Assembly: GCA_051362555.1 (NCBI GenBank)
Contig: CM120649.1
Span: forward strand, 16,010,567 to 16,074,566
From: Lingula anatina
Taxonomy: Eukaryota; Animalia; Brachiopoda
DNA: 64,000 bases
Direction: 5' to 3'
Position numbers and translations under genes: made by a program. Below are positions 50,520-63,958 of the stretch, one piece after another. The stretch's first letter is position 1. Each line of letters begins with the position of its first letter. The notes below the pieces were generated by a model. That model was not told where the DNA came from and ran no database searches. It saw nothing but the letters and a program-made list of their open reading frames with translations.

Positions 50520-53500
50520 ACTTACCCCGGAGTCCAACTAGCCACGGTCTCCCCTATCTCACTGTATTCTTAATCAGATAACTGCTCGTTTTAACAAGCC
50601 TCCTCTGAAATGATCCAAGGATAGCAATTCCCCAGATTACAGCATACTGTCCGTACTGTTCTCCTCACGGGCCATCACAGCCATCATTTATCATTAAGTA
50701 ACGAATAAAGTAATGCTCCTTACCTTTGGGCATGACACTATATTCTGTCTCTAATACAGGATAACAGTCTTGCTGTGTGACGGTCAGGGAAACGTTCCTA
50801 CCATTGGACGTGTACAGCCACCTGTGGCACGGTAAACGATAGTCTGGACCGCCCATGTAGAAAGCTCCACCAAACTTTGCGTCATCTGAATAGTAAATGC
50901 TGTTCACAGGATCAGTAACACCTATATGACTAACACACCCTACATGGGTCAGGGTCTCTTTACTTGATGGGTTAGTTTTTGTTTAATACCACTAGTGGAA
51001 AATTAAATATCTCCGTTTACAAAAAGGTACCATGTACATGTACAATGGACGTACTCAGTAGATTATGTGCATTTTTCTACGGCTAGCAGAGATTTGTGTC
51101 ATGACTTAGCCAGAGAAATATTTGTGATTTTAATCACAATATTAAAATATCTAGTGAGGAATCTATATCTGTGATCCTGGTAGAGGATACAAAAAAGGAG
51201 GGTTTACAACTTAAAATCCTAGATGTGCCCTGCATGTTTTGTACTGTATATGCTATATGCATAATGAAGGCGATGCAAATGCTTTGAAAAAAGGCACCTT
51301 AGTGAATGGGAATGACCAAAATATTCCCTTTTTCCAACATCAATATAAAATGCTTATTATTTAGACTAAAGCTAAACTGAAATTAATAACAACCACCCAT
51401 TCCCTTACATGGTGCACCAGCATCTGTTCCAGATATTGTTCAGCTGCATTAAACATATTTTAAATAGAAACTATTACATATGAAATTCCCCTAGCTATTC
51501 CAGACATTGATTGAAAATGTGCCACAAAATATACTTGTAGTTACCCGGGATGCAATTTGGTGGCATGGTGCCTGTCAGAGGAGATTTGGTGCATGTGTTA
51601 CCTTCAGTGAAGATCACATACTGGAAGCCCTGGAATATGGATATAACCACAGGTATAAATACAAAATACTGCAAAAGAGATCTGGACCTGGTAGCTCATA
51701 TTCGCATACACAAAAACACCAATGTGTTCGATGACAAATTTTAATTTCATTTTATAAGTAAAAATTTTAATTTCATTTTATAAGTAAAAAGTAAAAAGAC
51801 AGTAGGGTTTACTATGGAGATTCAGTTTGATGCAAGCAGAGAGAAAATAAAAATAAATAAAAGCTAAATAAATGCCACAACCTCGGATATGTTTTGCAAG
51901 GCATCCTAAATATCTTAGCAGGTATTTCAAAACAAAGATACGTGAACTGACTTTTATCTTTTTTTTTTTTTTCTTGCTTTCAAGTTGCATCTCCGGTTCT
52001 GTTAGGAAGAACAAAAAATCTGCTGACGCTTTTCTAGGTCTATGTGTCTTTAAGGCCTCATACTTCAAAGACAAATGGCTTTAGCATGTGTTGATACTGT
52101 CGTGTGTGCTTTGATGGCCCTTGATGGTATTCTGACATATTGTGGCACAATACTTACTGCTTTGAAATCTTGAATAACCCTTATATAAGCCCATACGCCG
52201 GGAGAATAGATGAGACGCGAATCGATCGCTTGTCTCATACCTATTTTGTCGTAGTAAAAGGAAATTAGTCCCTGAAAATACAGTTGTTGTCGAAATTTAA
52301 AAAACAATTGTGTTTGCGGGTGTGTGCCAGTACGTTTATACCAGTATTTTCGCTATGTATGTTTTATTCGAAGCTGTATTCAGTTTTATAGTCAATTAAA
52401 CATAATAAATAAAGTAAAATGTTATAAATAAATAACAGTGTTTAAACCGGCTGTTTAAACACTGTTTTTGAAACACGAATTTAACCATCGTTTACTTAAC
52501 GGGTGTTAGGAGGATTTATCAACTGGTTAGTGCTAAACGTCCTTTATGAAACTGGACCCAGTTCGTTTTTCTTATGTTCACGTTATGTAATTGCTGTATT
52601 ATATACACACACTGGCCAATAGAAGTGTCACCCCTACTGAACATATACTATGGGGGAGATAAATGACTGTGGAATGATATGCTCCTGGTATCATTTTATT
52701 AACATCAAATTTCAGAAAAAATCACAAAATGAGAACAAAATATACATTCTACCAAAATATGCAGTTTTAAGTCCAAAATTAATACTTAGTGGCATAGCCA
52801 CGTGACCTAATAATAGGTGCCAGTCTACGAGGCAAGGATTAATATAATTACCTGATGCGTTCAGGGCTTCTGCTGGCCCAAGCATGAAACACTGAATATA
52901 ACAGTTTCTCTGCTGGTTAGACAGGCATTTGTCAAAAGTTTTGACATATCATTCCACACAATTTCTATTATGTTTGCATCCGGACTCTGGGCAGGCCACA
53001 TCACCCTGCGAATGTCCTGTTGGTCAAACCAATCATCAACTGCTCTGGGCCTGTGACAAGGAGCATTGTCATCCTGATGAACAAATGGATAATTCCTGTC
53101 ACCAAACATGTTAGTAATAGATGGTAGCAAGCCTGACTCCAAAAGATCGATATATTTCTAGTGATTCATGTTTCCATCAACCACTATCAATTCGCACACG
53201 CCATGGATGCTGATGCAGCCCCACACCATGATGAATATGCTGCTCCGGGTTCGTAAATTCGGTGCATGCGGTTCAAATGCTTTACCAGCAGTTCGCCAGC
53301 ATCGTACCCGTCTGTCATCAGAGGTCGTACCAAAGCGACACTCATCAGAAAAAATAGGACCAATTGTCATGGACTGTCCAGTTCCAGATCCTGTTGACCC
53401 TACTTCACTCTACGTTGCCTGTTTTGTAACGATATAAGAGGTGTCAGTCTTGCTACCCTGCTGTACACTCTATGAGCATGTAACCGACGCCTAGCAATTT

Positions 53501-54357
53501 TCACAGACACATTCTTATGTGTGAAATTGTTCCACTGTGTTGTCAACTGACAAGCAGTGTCGAACTTTGACAACCTGGACATCAAAACCATTCGTCGGTC
53601 TTCACGGCCAGTAGTTTTCCTTGGACGACCCATCAGAGGCAATCTGTCTCTTGATCGAGTGTTTCTATACCGAGACCAGACCCTCTGCACGGTTCTGACT
53701 GAACCATTCAATTGTATCGATATTCTTCAGGTTAATAACTTGCACCTATAACCGTTAGATAATTGCCTGTATCTTGCCATATTGGAGGAAGACAGGAATA
53801 ACATTTGCTGTACATGTACAAGACCAACAATACAATTCCATGGTATAGCGGTTTTATACTCATTAGTCACATTATAAGTAGACCAGGCATTATAAACAAC
53901 CAAGATCTGCCTACTTTTTTACTCTGAGTTAGGGGGTGACACTTCTATTGTCCAGTGTGTGTACATGTATGTCAATCCTGATCCAGTATATCAGAGGCAC
54001 TGACATGAATGAAAATAAAATTTTGTTTTCTACATGTACCTACTTGACTGTACATTGAGCGTATTCTACAATTTTAGATTTTGTACTCTCCTCACGTTGA
54101 GATAATTATCTATCTATCTATCTTTGAATTTTATCAATTTTTTACTAGGTGGGGTACGACTCACAGAAAGACTATGGACAGTACATTACCCTATAGGTCC
54201 CAGCGTGCGTATCGTAGACATACGTCCCTACTTCTGCCATCATCCCATCCCACTGGTCCAGCATACAGCATGGCTTGGGGGGCGTGGCTGAGGGGTGGTT
54301 CGGAGTCCCTAACACACAGCTGACCGCTACACACAGGAGTAGAACCAGCTTGGTCAT
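49154..54357 (-). CDS. EPDR: Ependymin-related protein, copy 2 (~229 aa)
   Basis: Exons (minus) 54190-54357, 52158-52271, 51545-51629, 50724-50885, 49951-50051, 49154-49213; same phases as copy 1 and identical signal peptide MTKLVLLLCVAVSCVLG. Confidence 0.9.
49580..49812. mobile_element. MITE-like family B copy in EPDR2 intron 5
   Basis: Close match to 10419-10578; AGATCGATC near both ends. Confidence 0.65.
50140..50257. mobile_element. MITE-like family B, half copy in EPDR2 intron 4
   Basis: TTACCCCCTAGCTG..GTAGGCGTGACAGACATTTA...TAGTGAGACTCCCC...TAGATCGATC matches right half of 42535 copy. Confidence 0.6.
50322..50554. mobile_element. TA-flanked MITE (Tc1/mariner-pogo type), 233 bp
   Basis: TA-GGGGAGACCGGGGCTAGTTGGAC...GTCCAACTAGCCACGGTCTCCCC-TA; 23-bp TIR with 1 mismatch; internal poly-G. 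Confidence 0.85.
52606..53961 (-). mobile_element. Tc1-family DD34E transposon, full length (1356 bp), transposase frameshifted, in EPDR2 intron 1
   Basis: TIRs CACACACTGG(C/A)CAATAGAAGTGTCACCCC, TA TSD; ORF fragments 53400-53711 (HTH, GRPRKT), 53158-53370 (IFSDE, MVWGC), 52861-53142 (QDDNAPCH, WPAQSPDANIIE; 34 residues between D and E). Confidence 0.95.
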
Positions 54358-55252
54358 ATTGCCGGAATATTGAGATACAAGGAATACGGGTGTACACGTC
54401 TATCTCTGGCAGTTGATCTGTATACTTGTGTGTACTTGTATAAATGTGTGTTGTGTGTTTGTTTAAGATGCTGACTAAAGTTCATGTCACTTCTAAGGTG
54501 ATCTAAGATAAGATGTTTTTATTTAAAAAAAAGAGAAGATACTATGCACAACAACATGGATTGTTGTTTACTAATACATCGGGAAATAAGAAAATACTTT
54601 GTGTATTTTTCCTGTAACTTCACCACCTTTTTTAAAACAGAGTCGACATATCTACATACCCAAATAGAAAAAGGTCAATCCAAGAGTAAAATGGCTCTCT
54701 TCACTATGTGTGAAAGGTAGAACATATATTATTACAATCACAAATTATGAAATTTATCAGCCCTTGCTAAACAAAGTGATCATAAACTCCATATCGAAAT
54801 AGCACAGTTTGTGAAGATGAGTTTTGAAGCAAGAAAATAATGATGTACTGAGTGACACGGATTCGCTTGCTCACGCAAATTAACATTGGAGCATGAACAA
54901 AAAAATTACCATTTTTTTTATTGAAATTCCAAATGTGTTATATGTGTATTACATTTGTTATTGTTTCATTTTTATTCGTGAATGTCAATTACCCCATAGA
55001 CTGTATTTATACTGCGCTTGAATCAATAAAAATTGATTCAAAAAATAATTATTATTATAATGTGGGGCAGTGTTTGATAACTTATCTTAAAAGTCTGAGT
55101 GTTTGCACACACAACCAACGTGAACTTCAGACAGCATTCTCCTATCTACCCACGTACACATACACTGTATATAGGATAGCACAGGCGGAGTTCTCATCAG
55201 TTAAGATATATAATTGAGGCTCGAATCAGTCCCTCTTTTCCAAGACTCCCAC

Positions 55253-58200
55253 ATGATGAACAAGATGACTCTATTCCTATGCATTGCAATCTGTCTTGTG
55301 TTAGGAACACCAGGACTGTCCGAGGCCCAAAAGCCATGCTGCACGGCTGACCAGTGGGAGGGGGTGATGGTGGAAGTCGGCGGGAACGCGGCCCAGACAC
55401 ACGCAGGGTTCTTCGAGGTAACGGCGGGCTGGGTTGTATTTCAAGAGCTCTGTTCAGTTATTTATCGCTTGAATAAGATTCGATTTTAAGTAGTGGTCTG
55501 GGCATTTTGTTATTTCACCTATTACACCGCCTTGTCGATATCCATGTTACACGGTCGATTGGATTTGCAAAGTACTCAAGGAAACAACCATCTTCATTTG
55601 GACAAATCGCACCTACTGCATTTAGATACGAATGTTTTTCACAGAGCTTTCATTGCACAGTTTTAATTGTCACCTTGGACCTACCCGTAACTCAGGCGAG
55701 ATTATCTTGAATACATTCTTCCAAGATGCATTCTGCAACAGGTCTACGGAATCTAATATGCTCATTCATGGGGTACAAAAATTTATTCGTCATCAAAAAC
55801 GACTTGATTCCAGGGAAGATTGAGAGTCGCGGTGTCTCTGGAGTCACGGAGTATGGCTTTTTCATGACATACTTAAAGTGGTTAACAGATGTGAGGTGAT
55901 CATTTGTAAACAAAAACATATGGGTTTAGGGAAGATCAGCGTTTTGACCAAGTCTGTATTTCACTGGATTTGGTTGTTTATTTCCAGGGATCTATAGCTG
56001 TCTCTTACGACATGCCAGGTAAGAGGGTGGCCAGTGTCTCCGACCTCAACTACTCTGCAGGTGCTCAATCCAACATGAAGGTTATACAGGATTTCAAAGG
56101 TGTAAGTATTCCGATAGAAACAAATGCAACCCAGTGATTGGTGCATGGTATTCGAAGCCCATGTCTGTTGCAATACAATAGATGGTCAGAAATTCTTATG
56201 ATAACAAAATATCAACTAATTCTATCGGGTTATCTGTGTTATTCAGAATGTTTTCAAATTGAATCTGTTTTCACGTTGGCTGATCAATTTTAATTTAGGT
56301 AAAGGCATGTGATTTTCGTTTAGTGTAAAACAGTTTCATTGACTATGTTATTGTAAAAGACTTGTGAAGATTCTTTTGTCTATAGCTACTTATATTTGTC
56401 TGGTCTTACCAGCTAATATTTCGGCTACTTCATCAGAGAATGAGGTTGTGGTAGATGTGACAACCTATCACCCCCTCTGGTGTGCTATTTGGTCAGATCC
56501 CCTATTTTATTTATTTATTTATTTATTTATTTATTTTTGGGGGGGGGGGGGGTCTGACGGTTTAGTTTATTTGTCACTTTATTATGTCAGTTATTCCTAT
56601 TTTGCCCCTGTTACATGTAACGATCAGAGGAGGATACAAAATGTAGATATTTGTAAAAATATGTCCCTTCTGCAAACAGACAACGGGTAATTACACTCCT
56701 TGAATACTTGATGTTATTTTAAGCTGTTGTTACAGTATTTTCAACAATTTCAACTGTTTGTCACATTCTTCAGGGCATGCAGTATGTCATTGTGAACACC
56801 ACGTGCACCAAATCTGCTCTAAATGGAACCATGCCATCGAACTGCATACCAGGTATTTTACATTTGCTTATACTTCTAACAAGTTGTTCCTTTACGTTTT
56901 TATAACAGGCGCTCTTCAGTAAAATGTCGTGGCGATATTACAGAGTGGTTTTAGATTGGTGACTCGAGTAAGTTGAACTATGATGCAATACGTTATATGT
57001 ATTGAAGATTAAGGTAACTGTGTCGTTGCTGGGTTCAGACCAACGCGATATAATATAATATAGTTGGTGCCTGTTGCGTTGCTGGTTATTTGGTTGTGCT
57101 CCTGGCAAAATAGGATGCATTGGCAAGAGATTTCCTCAAAGACCTCCATATCTTAGTAATACAACCAAACTTGAGAATAAAATAGAACTGTCAAGTTATT
57201 CTCATCTTTTTTGTGCAGATGACGCAAAAAATGCATGGGAAATGTACGTGGGCAATTCCATGTCAGACCTGTTTTGTGATCTATGGCTATACACGTACAA
57301 TGGTTCGAGCGTGGAACTCGTAGTCACACGAGACACGTGTACTCCCGTCACAGAAACCGTATACAGTAGCACTGACACAGGTAATATAATGCACTGTAGA
57401 CTATTTGTTATGTTAAATAGTCTAACGCGCAGTTCTGAGGAAAAACGATATTGTGCCATTGTTGTGGCCACTAGTATGGTAAAATATATGGCGGCGAGGT
57501 AACCACCTGGCGCGTAATGGCAATCACACAGTTGGACAGCATTTCTGACACAGAGAAAATATGCAGTGACAAGACACACTGTAGTCAGGTTGCTAAGAGG
57601 TATAATAAAAATCCCAGAAATAATTTCTTCTCAGCGGTTTCCGCATCCTTATATCCCAATAATATATATCTGGCGAGTAACAAGCGCGTATCCTTTAGCA
57701 ATTTTAAAAACACAAGACGGCCGCCAATGGTTTAGAAATACATGTACAATGTATCAACTACTAACAGTAAGACAAAATTAGTGCTTATTATCAAATTATG
57801 TTTTCCATATCTTGAATACCCCTTTAATATACATCTGCTGGGTAAAAGTGCGTTCCCTTCTGCATTTTGATAAAATCTAAGATGGCCGCCAATTTCCATG
57901 AAAATTTATAGGTTTCGACCACATAAATATCAGGTAGAATTAAAAGTTTTTTTATCAAAATAGATATACAACTGCTGCCAGGGAGATACGATGTCCATTA
58001 TGAAATTAGGTAAAAGTTAGTTTCCTTCGCAATGTTTTTCACATCATTGGAGTTGGCGGCCTTCCTACACTGAAGATTTTCTCAGAACGCTCAAGGATGC
58101 ACGCTTGTTACCTACCAGATATGTATTATACGGGGGTTATAAGAATGCAGAAACCACACGAAAACTTTTTCCAAGACTGTCCACTATACCCCCTAACTCA

Positions 58201-58666
58201 AGGTCAACGCCAAGCAGTGTTAAATCGTCCACTTCCTTTACTACAATGTACTATTTCAAATTTTAGAGGTCAAAATGACTTCCATAGCCTACACCTCCAT
58301 GACCACCGGAATCAAGGACACCACTGTGTTTATTCCTCCACCATCCTGTGACAATGTGACCTACAAGGTAATACACTAACGCCATCTACAGTAACGATAT
58401 CATTCGACGTGCCGTACGCGCATTGTACGTTACGAGAAAGTTGAAATTATTTGCGGGCGGTGGTGGGTCAGTAGGGGTGGACGGGACGAGAGCTGTGGGA
58501 GGGCGACAGGGGTGGGTTGGGGGATGGAGGTCGGCTCAGGAGGTCAAATCAGAATTCAATATTCAGTAGTCCATAATTCTAATAACAAAATAACTTAACA
58601 TTTCTGAAGACATCTTTCTTTAGCCTGAAGTATTGTTTATTTTAAAATGCACAGACACTTTATAAC

Positions 58667-58706
<40 letters not shown>

Positions 58707-58792
58707 GGCTTACTTTTTTATATTATTTCCAGCACCCTCACCACCAGCTGCAGGGTCTTCATCAACATGCTATGAACATACTGAGGAGATAG
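55253..58792 (+). CDS. EPDR: Ependymin-related protein, copy 3 (~226 aa)
   Basis: Exons 55253-55417, 55988-56101, 56774-56852, 57219-57380, 58267-58367, 58733-58792; CCTADQWEG, VSYD, CTKS, NCIP, GIKDTTVF.PP..C. Confidence 0.9.
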
Positions 58793-59374
58793 ACTGACAA
58801 TCAAATGCGTACCAGGAACAACGGACAATCAAATATAATCCTACATAATTAGAATTCAAATAATATGGGCTACTTTTTTTATATGACACTGACAAAATAC
58901 ATGTTAAATCAACCCCACCTGAACGATTGGTGTTATTGAAATTTGAAATTAGTATCTTTTTTTATTAAGCCGCCCCATATATATTGATCGACCCACCTGT
59001 ATGTGAAATAAAATCAGATGATATTTGTATCTTATCCTCGTGACAAGATAGAGTTCTATGAATGCTGGTGAGTGTTTTTGAATTGTTTGTTTACTGCATA
59101 CTCTAATCACATGATTTTTTGTATCTTTTTCTCGTGACAAAACACACGCATGACGTCAGCTTTACGTGCTGCGTATGTGACTGATGATGTGGGCGAATAT
59201 GATGTCACGAGACACGTTTGAAGATAAATGTACGTAAGTGCCCGACGAAAACTACGTTGTGCCGGTTATATATTCGAAGATTTTGAAACTGTTGTATTAT
59301 ACACGTGTGTGTCTGTTTGTAAAACCGCGTTATACCCCCCTCCCCTGCATCTAAGAGGGTGAAACCGTTCTATC

Positions 59375-59377
<3 letters not shown>

Positions 59378-59420
<43 letters not shown>

Positions 59421-59430
59421 GTGTGTGTGT
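59378..59430. repeat. (GT)n microsatellite
   Basis: Read directly. Confidence 0.95.
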
Positions 59431-59826
59431 ACCGAAGTCAGTAATAGTGTTCGCTGTAATAGACGTGAATGACTCACAAGCCACTTACTGTAACAGCCCC
59501 GGTCTACTACTTTTCACGTGGAAGTGCTCAGAATAAATAAGTAAATAAACAAGCACCCTTCTTGCGAAACATTCCTCTGTTATCAAAAGCACATGATGTC
59601 ATGCTAAAATCAAGGTAAGTCCCATATCAACTGTGCTACATGAGGCAGTGTTTGATAGATTATCTTTGAAGACCTCGAGTGTTTGAACACACAAGTAACG
59701 TGAACGTAAGTCAGCACTCTCATATCGCCACTCACACATATATATATAGGGTAACTCGGGCGAAGGTCTCATCAGTTAAGTTATATACTCGAAGCTGAAC
59801 CATTCCCTGTTTTCCAAGACTCCGGC

Positions 59827-62800
59827 ATGATGATCAAGCTTGTTCTTCTCCTGTGTACTGCAGTCTTCGGTGTGCTAGGCGCTCCAGGACTGACCGAGGC
59901 CCCGACGCCATGCTGCACGGCTTCACAGTGGGAGGGGGTGATGCTGGAGGTGGGCGGGTATGCGGCTCAGTCACACGCGGGATTCCTCAAGGTAACTTCG
60001 GGCAATTAATGGATTGTATTCTACCCAATTTCTTAACTCTTGAGTGAGATTAGATTTTGTTTATGTAGAAGTCTTAGTATCTTGATGTTTTGCCTTCTAC
60101 ACTACCTTGCCAATATCCATGTTCGGTCGATTCAATTTAAAGAAAACGCAGGAAATCAACCATCTTTATTTGGAAATATTGCATCCACTGTATTTATACA
60201 CGAATAGTTTTCGCCAAATCTTCACTGCGAACTTTTGACTGTCAACTAAACTTAAGTGGAAACAGATAAAAGGAAGTACACCCATGCAGTCCAGATATGC
60301 CCGCTATACAGTTCACTGGCTTTGGACTTTTAATTCCAGGGATCTATAGCTGTCTCTTACGACATGCTAGGCAAGAGGGTGGCCACTGTCTCCCACCTCA
60401 ACTACTCTGCAGGTGCTCAATCCAATATGAAGGTTATACAGGATTTCAAAGGTGTAAGTATTTAAGGTGCGTTTGAAGTCAATGTTTTTGCCACAAAAAC
60501 CGGCCATATGCCACCTCATACAGTCTTCAATAGTAAATCTAAGAGAAATACCTAAGGACACAGTTCCATATTACCCGACAAGTGATATTTGAACGTATTT
60601 TTCTGTTTGCTTAATGTACTGTATATAAACGGAGCAGACAGGTTAGTCAGATAAGTAGGTTAGATAAGAAGTTCAAATTTACGACCAAAAATTTAAGAAA
60701 GGGGTAGTTAAAGCTCTTTTATGGCTGATCGAGTAATTAGTTCTTGGCATGTCGATTTTATTTGAGTCGTATAAGAAACCCTTAGAACTGGGTTTTATTC
60801 GTTACTGGGAATCCAAGCTCCACCGGCACTCGGTTCAAATGTACCTTTAAGATAGAAACGGATAGCACAAGTATACAGGGTATTCGGATCCCATTTTCCA
60901 TCCATACAAAAGGTACTTTTGGAAGATGGTAAGAATTTTCTGGGGTGACAGTTGGTCAACTAACCTTATCAGTTTATTGGAACCATAAATTTAAAACTGG
61001 GTCCTTTGTCCTTTCCTAGATCTTAAGTTAATTAAAGAAAAGGTGAACGCTAGTCGTTTGGATGAAGGTAACATTTCAGTCAGTTCTGCAGCTTTCTGCA
61101 ATCCCCGCATTGACTTCCTCTTGTTTTTGCTATCAAACAGCGTGCAGCACGTTATTTCTTTTTTTTTTTTTTTCATTATTTATCATTTTATTTCTAGCTC
61201 CTCACAGTCGGTATAGAACGGAATCATTTAGTACTTAAACATTTCAATTTCATTATTTACATTTGCAAACAGACAAATGCATGTACAGTCCTAATGCATG
61301 ATGTTCATTTAAGCTGTGTCTAACACTATTTTTGCCTTTTAAAAAACTGTTTCTTACGAACTTCAGGGCATGCAGTATGTCATTATGAACACCACGTGCA
61401 CCAAATCTGCGCTAAAGGGAGCCATGCCACCGAACTGCATGCCGGGTAACTACGTACTTTATCTACGCTTATATAACGTGTACTTAATGCATTCTTTGAT
61501 AATTATAAGAACGCGTGCTTTACAGTAAACTGTCATAATGATCGTTACCAATTAGTTATAAATTGGTAACTTGACAAAGGACAGCGTCTGTGACATTTCC
61601 GGTCATCTGGCGGTGCCTCCTGGTGAATGAAGATATATTTTGACTTTACAAACGCAAAATGTTATCATAGACCAACCATAGACCATGCAATCACAAGTAA
61701 GGTTACATCCGTCAGTATCTTACCAAATCCGCCATATTTGGAATCTCTGTAAAATAATAAAAAGCACAATCAAGTTTACCTGGTCTTTATTTTTGCAGAT
61801 GACGCAAAGTTTGGAGGTGGGTTTTACTTTGGCAGTCCCAGCAGCCAGCTGCCGTGTCAACGCTGGCTGTATACGTACAATGGTACGACCTTTGATCTTA
61901 CAGTTACCCAGCAAGACTGTATCCCCGTCATAGAAACTGAATACAGTGGCACTGATGCAGGTACACGCGTTATACACTGCAGACTTTTTAAAAAGTTTAT
62001 TCACTTAATATGTTTAAAGAGTTTAAAATGCATATCTGAGACGAAATTGTTGGGGGAACTAGTATGGTAAATATGGCGGCGAGGTAATTAACCTCGTGGT
62101 GTGTGATGGCAATAACATAGTTGGACAGCTTTTCTGTCACAGAGACAGAATGCAGGGGCAAAAACATTGGATCAGTGTTTGAAGAATAATTCGCATTATC
62201 CGTCCCTTAATTCGTATATTCGTTCACGGTTAAATGTAGCCACATTGACCATATGCCGTAGCAATAATCCGACGGTTCAATAGCCCTTATATATATAGAA
62301 CCTTCAGACCAATGAATCCTTGATTTAAAAAAAAAAAACGATGAAAATGTTACTTTTTTTCGGACCAATGAACCTTCGGACTATTGAGACGCCCCCATAT
62401 GACCATATATTGGTGAATATAATGGTGAATGTATCGTGAATGTATAACCTCTCTAAATTCAGGAGGCCAAATGACTTCCATAGCCTTCACCTCCATGACG
62501 GCCGGAATCAAGGACACCACTGTGTTCAGTCCTCCATCCTTCTGTAACAAGGTGTCCCGCAAGGTAATACACTAACGACATCTACAGTTCCTTAGAATCA
62601 CTAACTATCGGTCTTAGCCGAACATTTGCAAGTTTTAAGATCGTTGTTTCAGGAAAGGTAGACCTAGGAATGGAAGCCTTGGGTCCCATATGATTAATTC
62701 GGGTTAGGATTAGTCGGAGTACTGGGGTTAATATATGGGACGAAAGCAATCTCCACAAAGTAATGGGGAAAGGACTACGGTTCCTAGCGGTCTACCATTC

Positions 62801-63446
62801 CTTTCATCTCGGACGAGAATTACGTCTTGTGTGTCGTACACACTACGATTCAGGTGTAGGCCTAACCATGCAGTGTGCAATTGGGGCATATTTTTTGTTT
62901 TATTTTTATTTTTTACCCCAAATAGCATTTATTGGACGTACCATTATCGAAGGTGTTCATTCCGTTTAAGAGGTAGTGGAAATTAGCTGCGGGAGGGGCA
63001 ATAGGGGAGGGCGGGGCAATAGGGTGGAGGCTTAATGGGAGTGGGCGGGGCGATGGGGATCAGTGGAGCTATGGGGGAAGGCGGGACGATAGGGTGGGCG
63101 GAGCGATAGATGTGGATGGGGCGATGGGAGTGGACGAGATGATAGAGATGGCAGTGACAGAAATGCTGCATTATAATTCGTTCACCGTGTAAACTGCATG
63201 CGAAGTTGCAGCCCTTTTGTACATGTTTCGAATTATACAGGTGCATTCCGGGCCTAATTCATGCTCTATAAATAATGTCCATGTATTCATTTGTTGGATC
63301 ATAGCCAATGTTTTCAAAATGTGCTTGTTTCAAATAGGGAAATCATTATTTAACATTGTTTTATACTTCTAAATTATTTTTCCCAGCACCCTCATCACCA
63401 GTTACAGGGCCTTCATCGACACGCTATGAACAGACTGAGGAGATAG
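59827..63446 (+). CDS. EPDR: Ependymin-related protein, copy 4 (~226 aa)
   Basis: Exons 59827-59991, 60340-60453, 61367-61445, 61799-61960, 62463-62563, 63387-63446; same lengths and phases as copy 3. Confidence 0.9.
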
Positions 63447-63914
63447 ACAGACAACAAGGAAATGCGTACCGCGAACCACGAACAATGGATTATAATCCTC
63501 CATGATTGGTATTCAAAATTAAAGGTTATTTTTTATCTTATGACACCAAGAAACTGCAAAAGGGGAAAAAAGATTAAACATTAATTACTCAGTTATTCTG
63601 TGCAACTTAGTACAGTAAAGAAATTCACACGGTCCAGACTCACTTATCATGTAACACATTTATTAATATCAAATATTCTAGAAATAGTGCACTTAGTAGA
63701 TTATAATATCAGGATGAAATGCGATATGATAAAGTTTATTAATAAATACTTTTAATTCCATGCCAATTGGTTTGATTTCTATATCAAGAAACTCAACAGC
63801 GAAGGAAAAGTGGTATAGTAGAAAACGATACGGTAAACCTCTCTCGAGATATTACATCAGTAAAAATTTACACAAAGTAGCACCACTCTTTACAGTTGTA
63901 TTGAGTTATAATAC

Positions 63915-63917
63915 AAA

Positions 63918-63956
<39 letters not shown>

Positions 63957-63958
63957 AT
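63915..63958. repeat. (TAAA)n microsatellite
   Basis: Read directly. Confidence 0.95.

Noticed and set aside
52435-52465. Perfect 13-bp hairpin ACAGTGTTTAAAC-N5-GTTTAAACACTGT
   Set aside because: Probably part of a decayed repeat next to the Tc1 insertion; could not define ends or a TSD.
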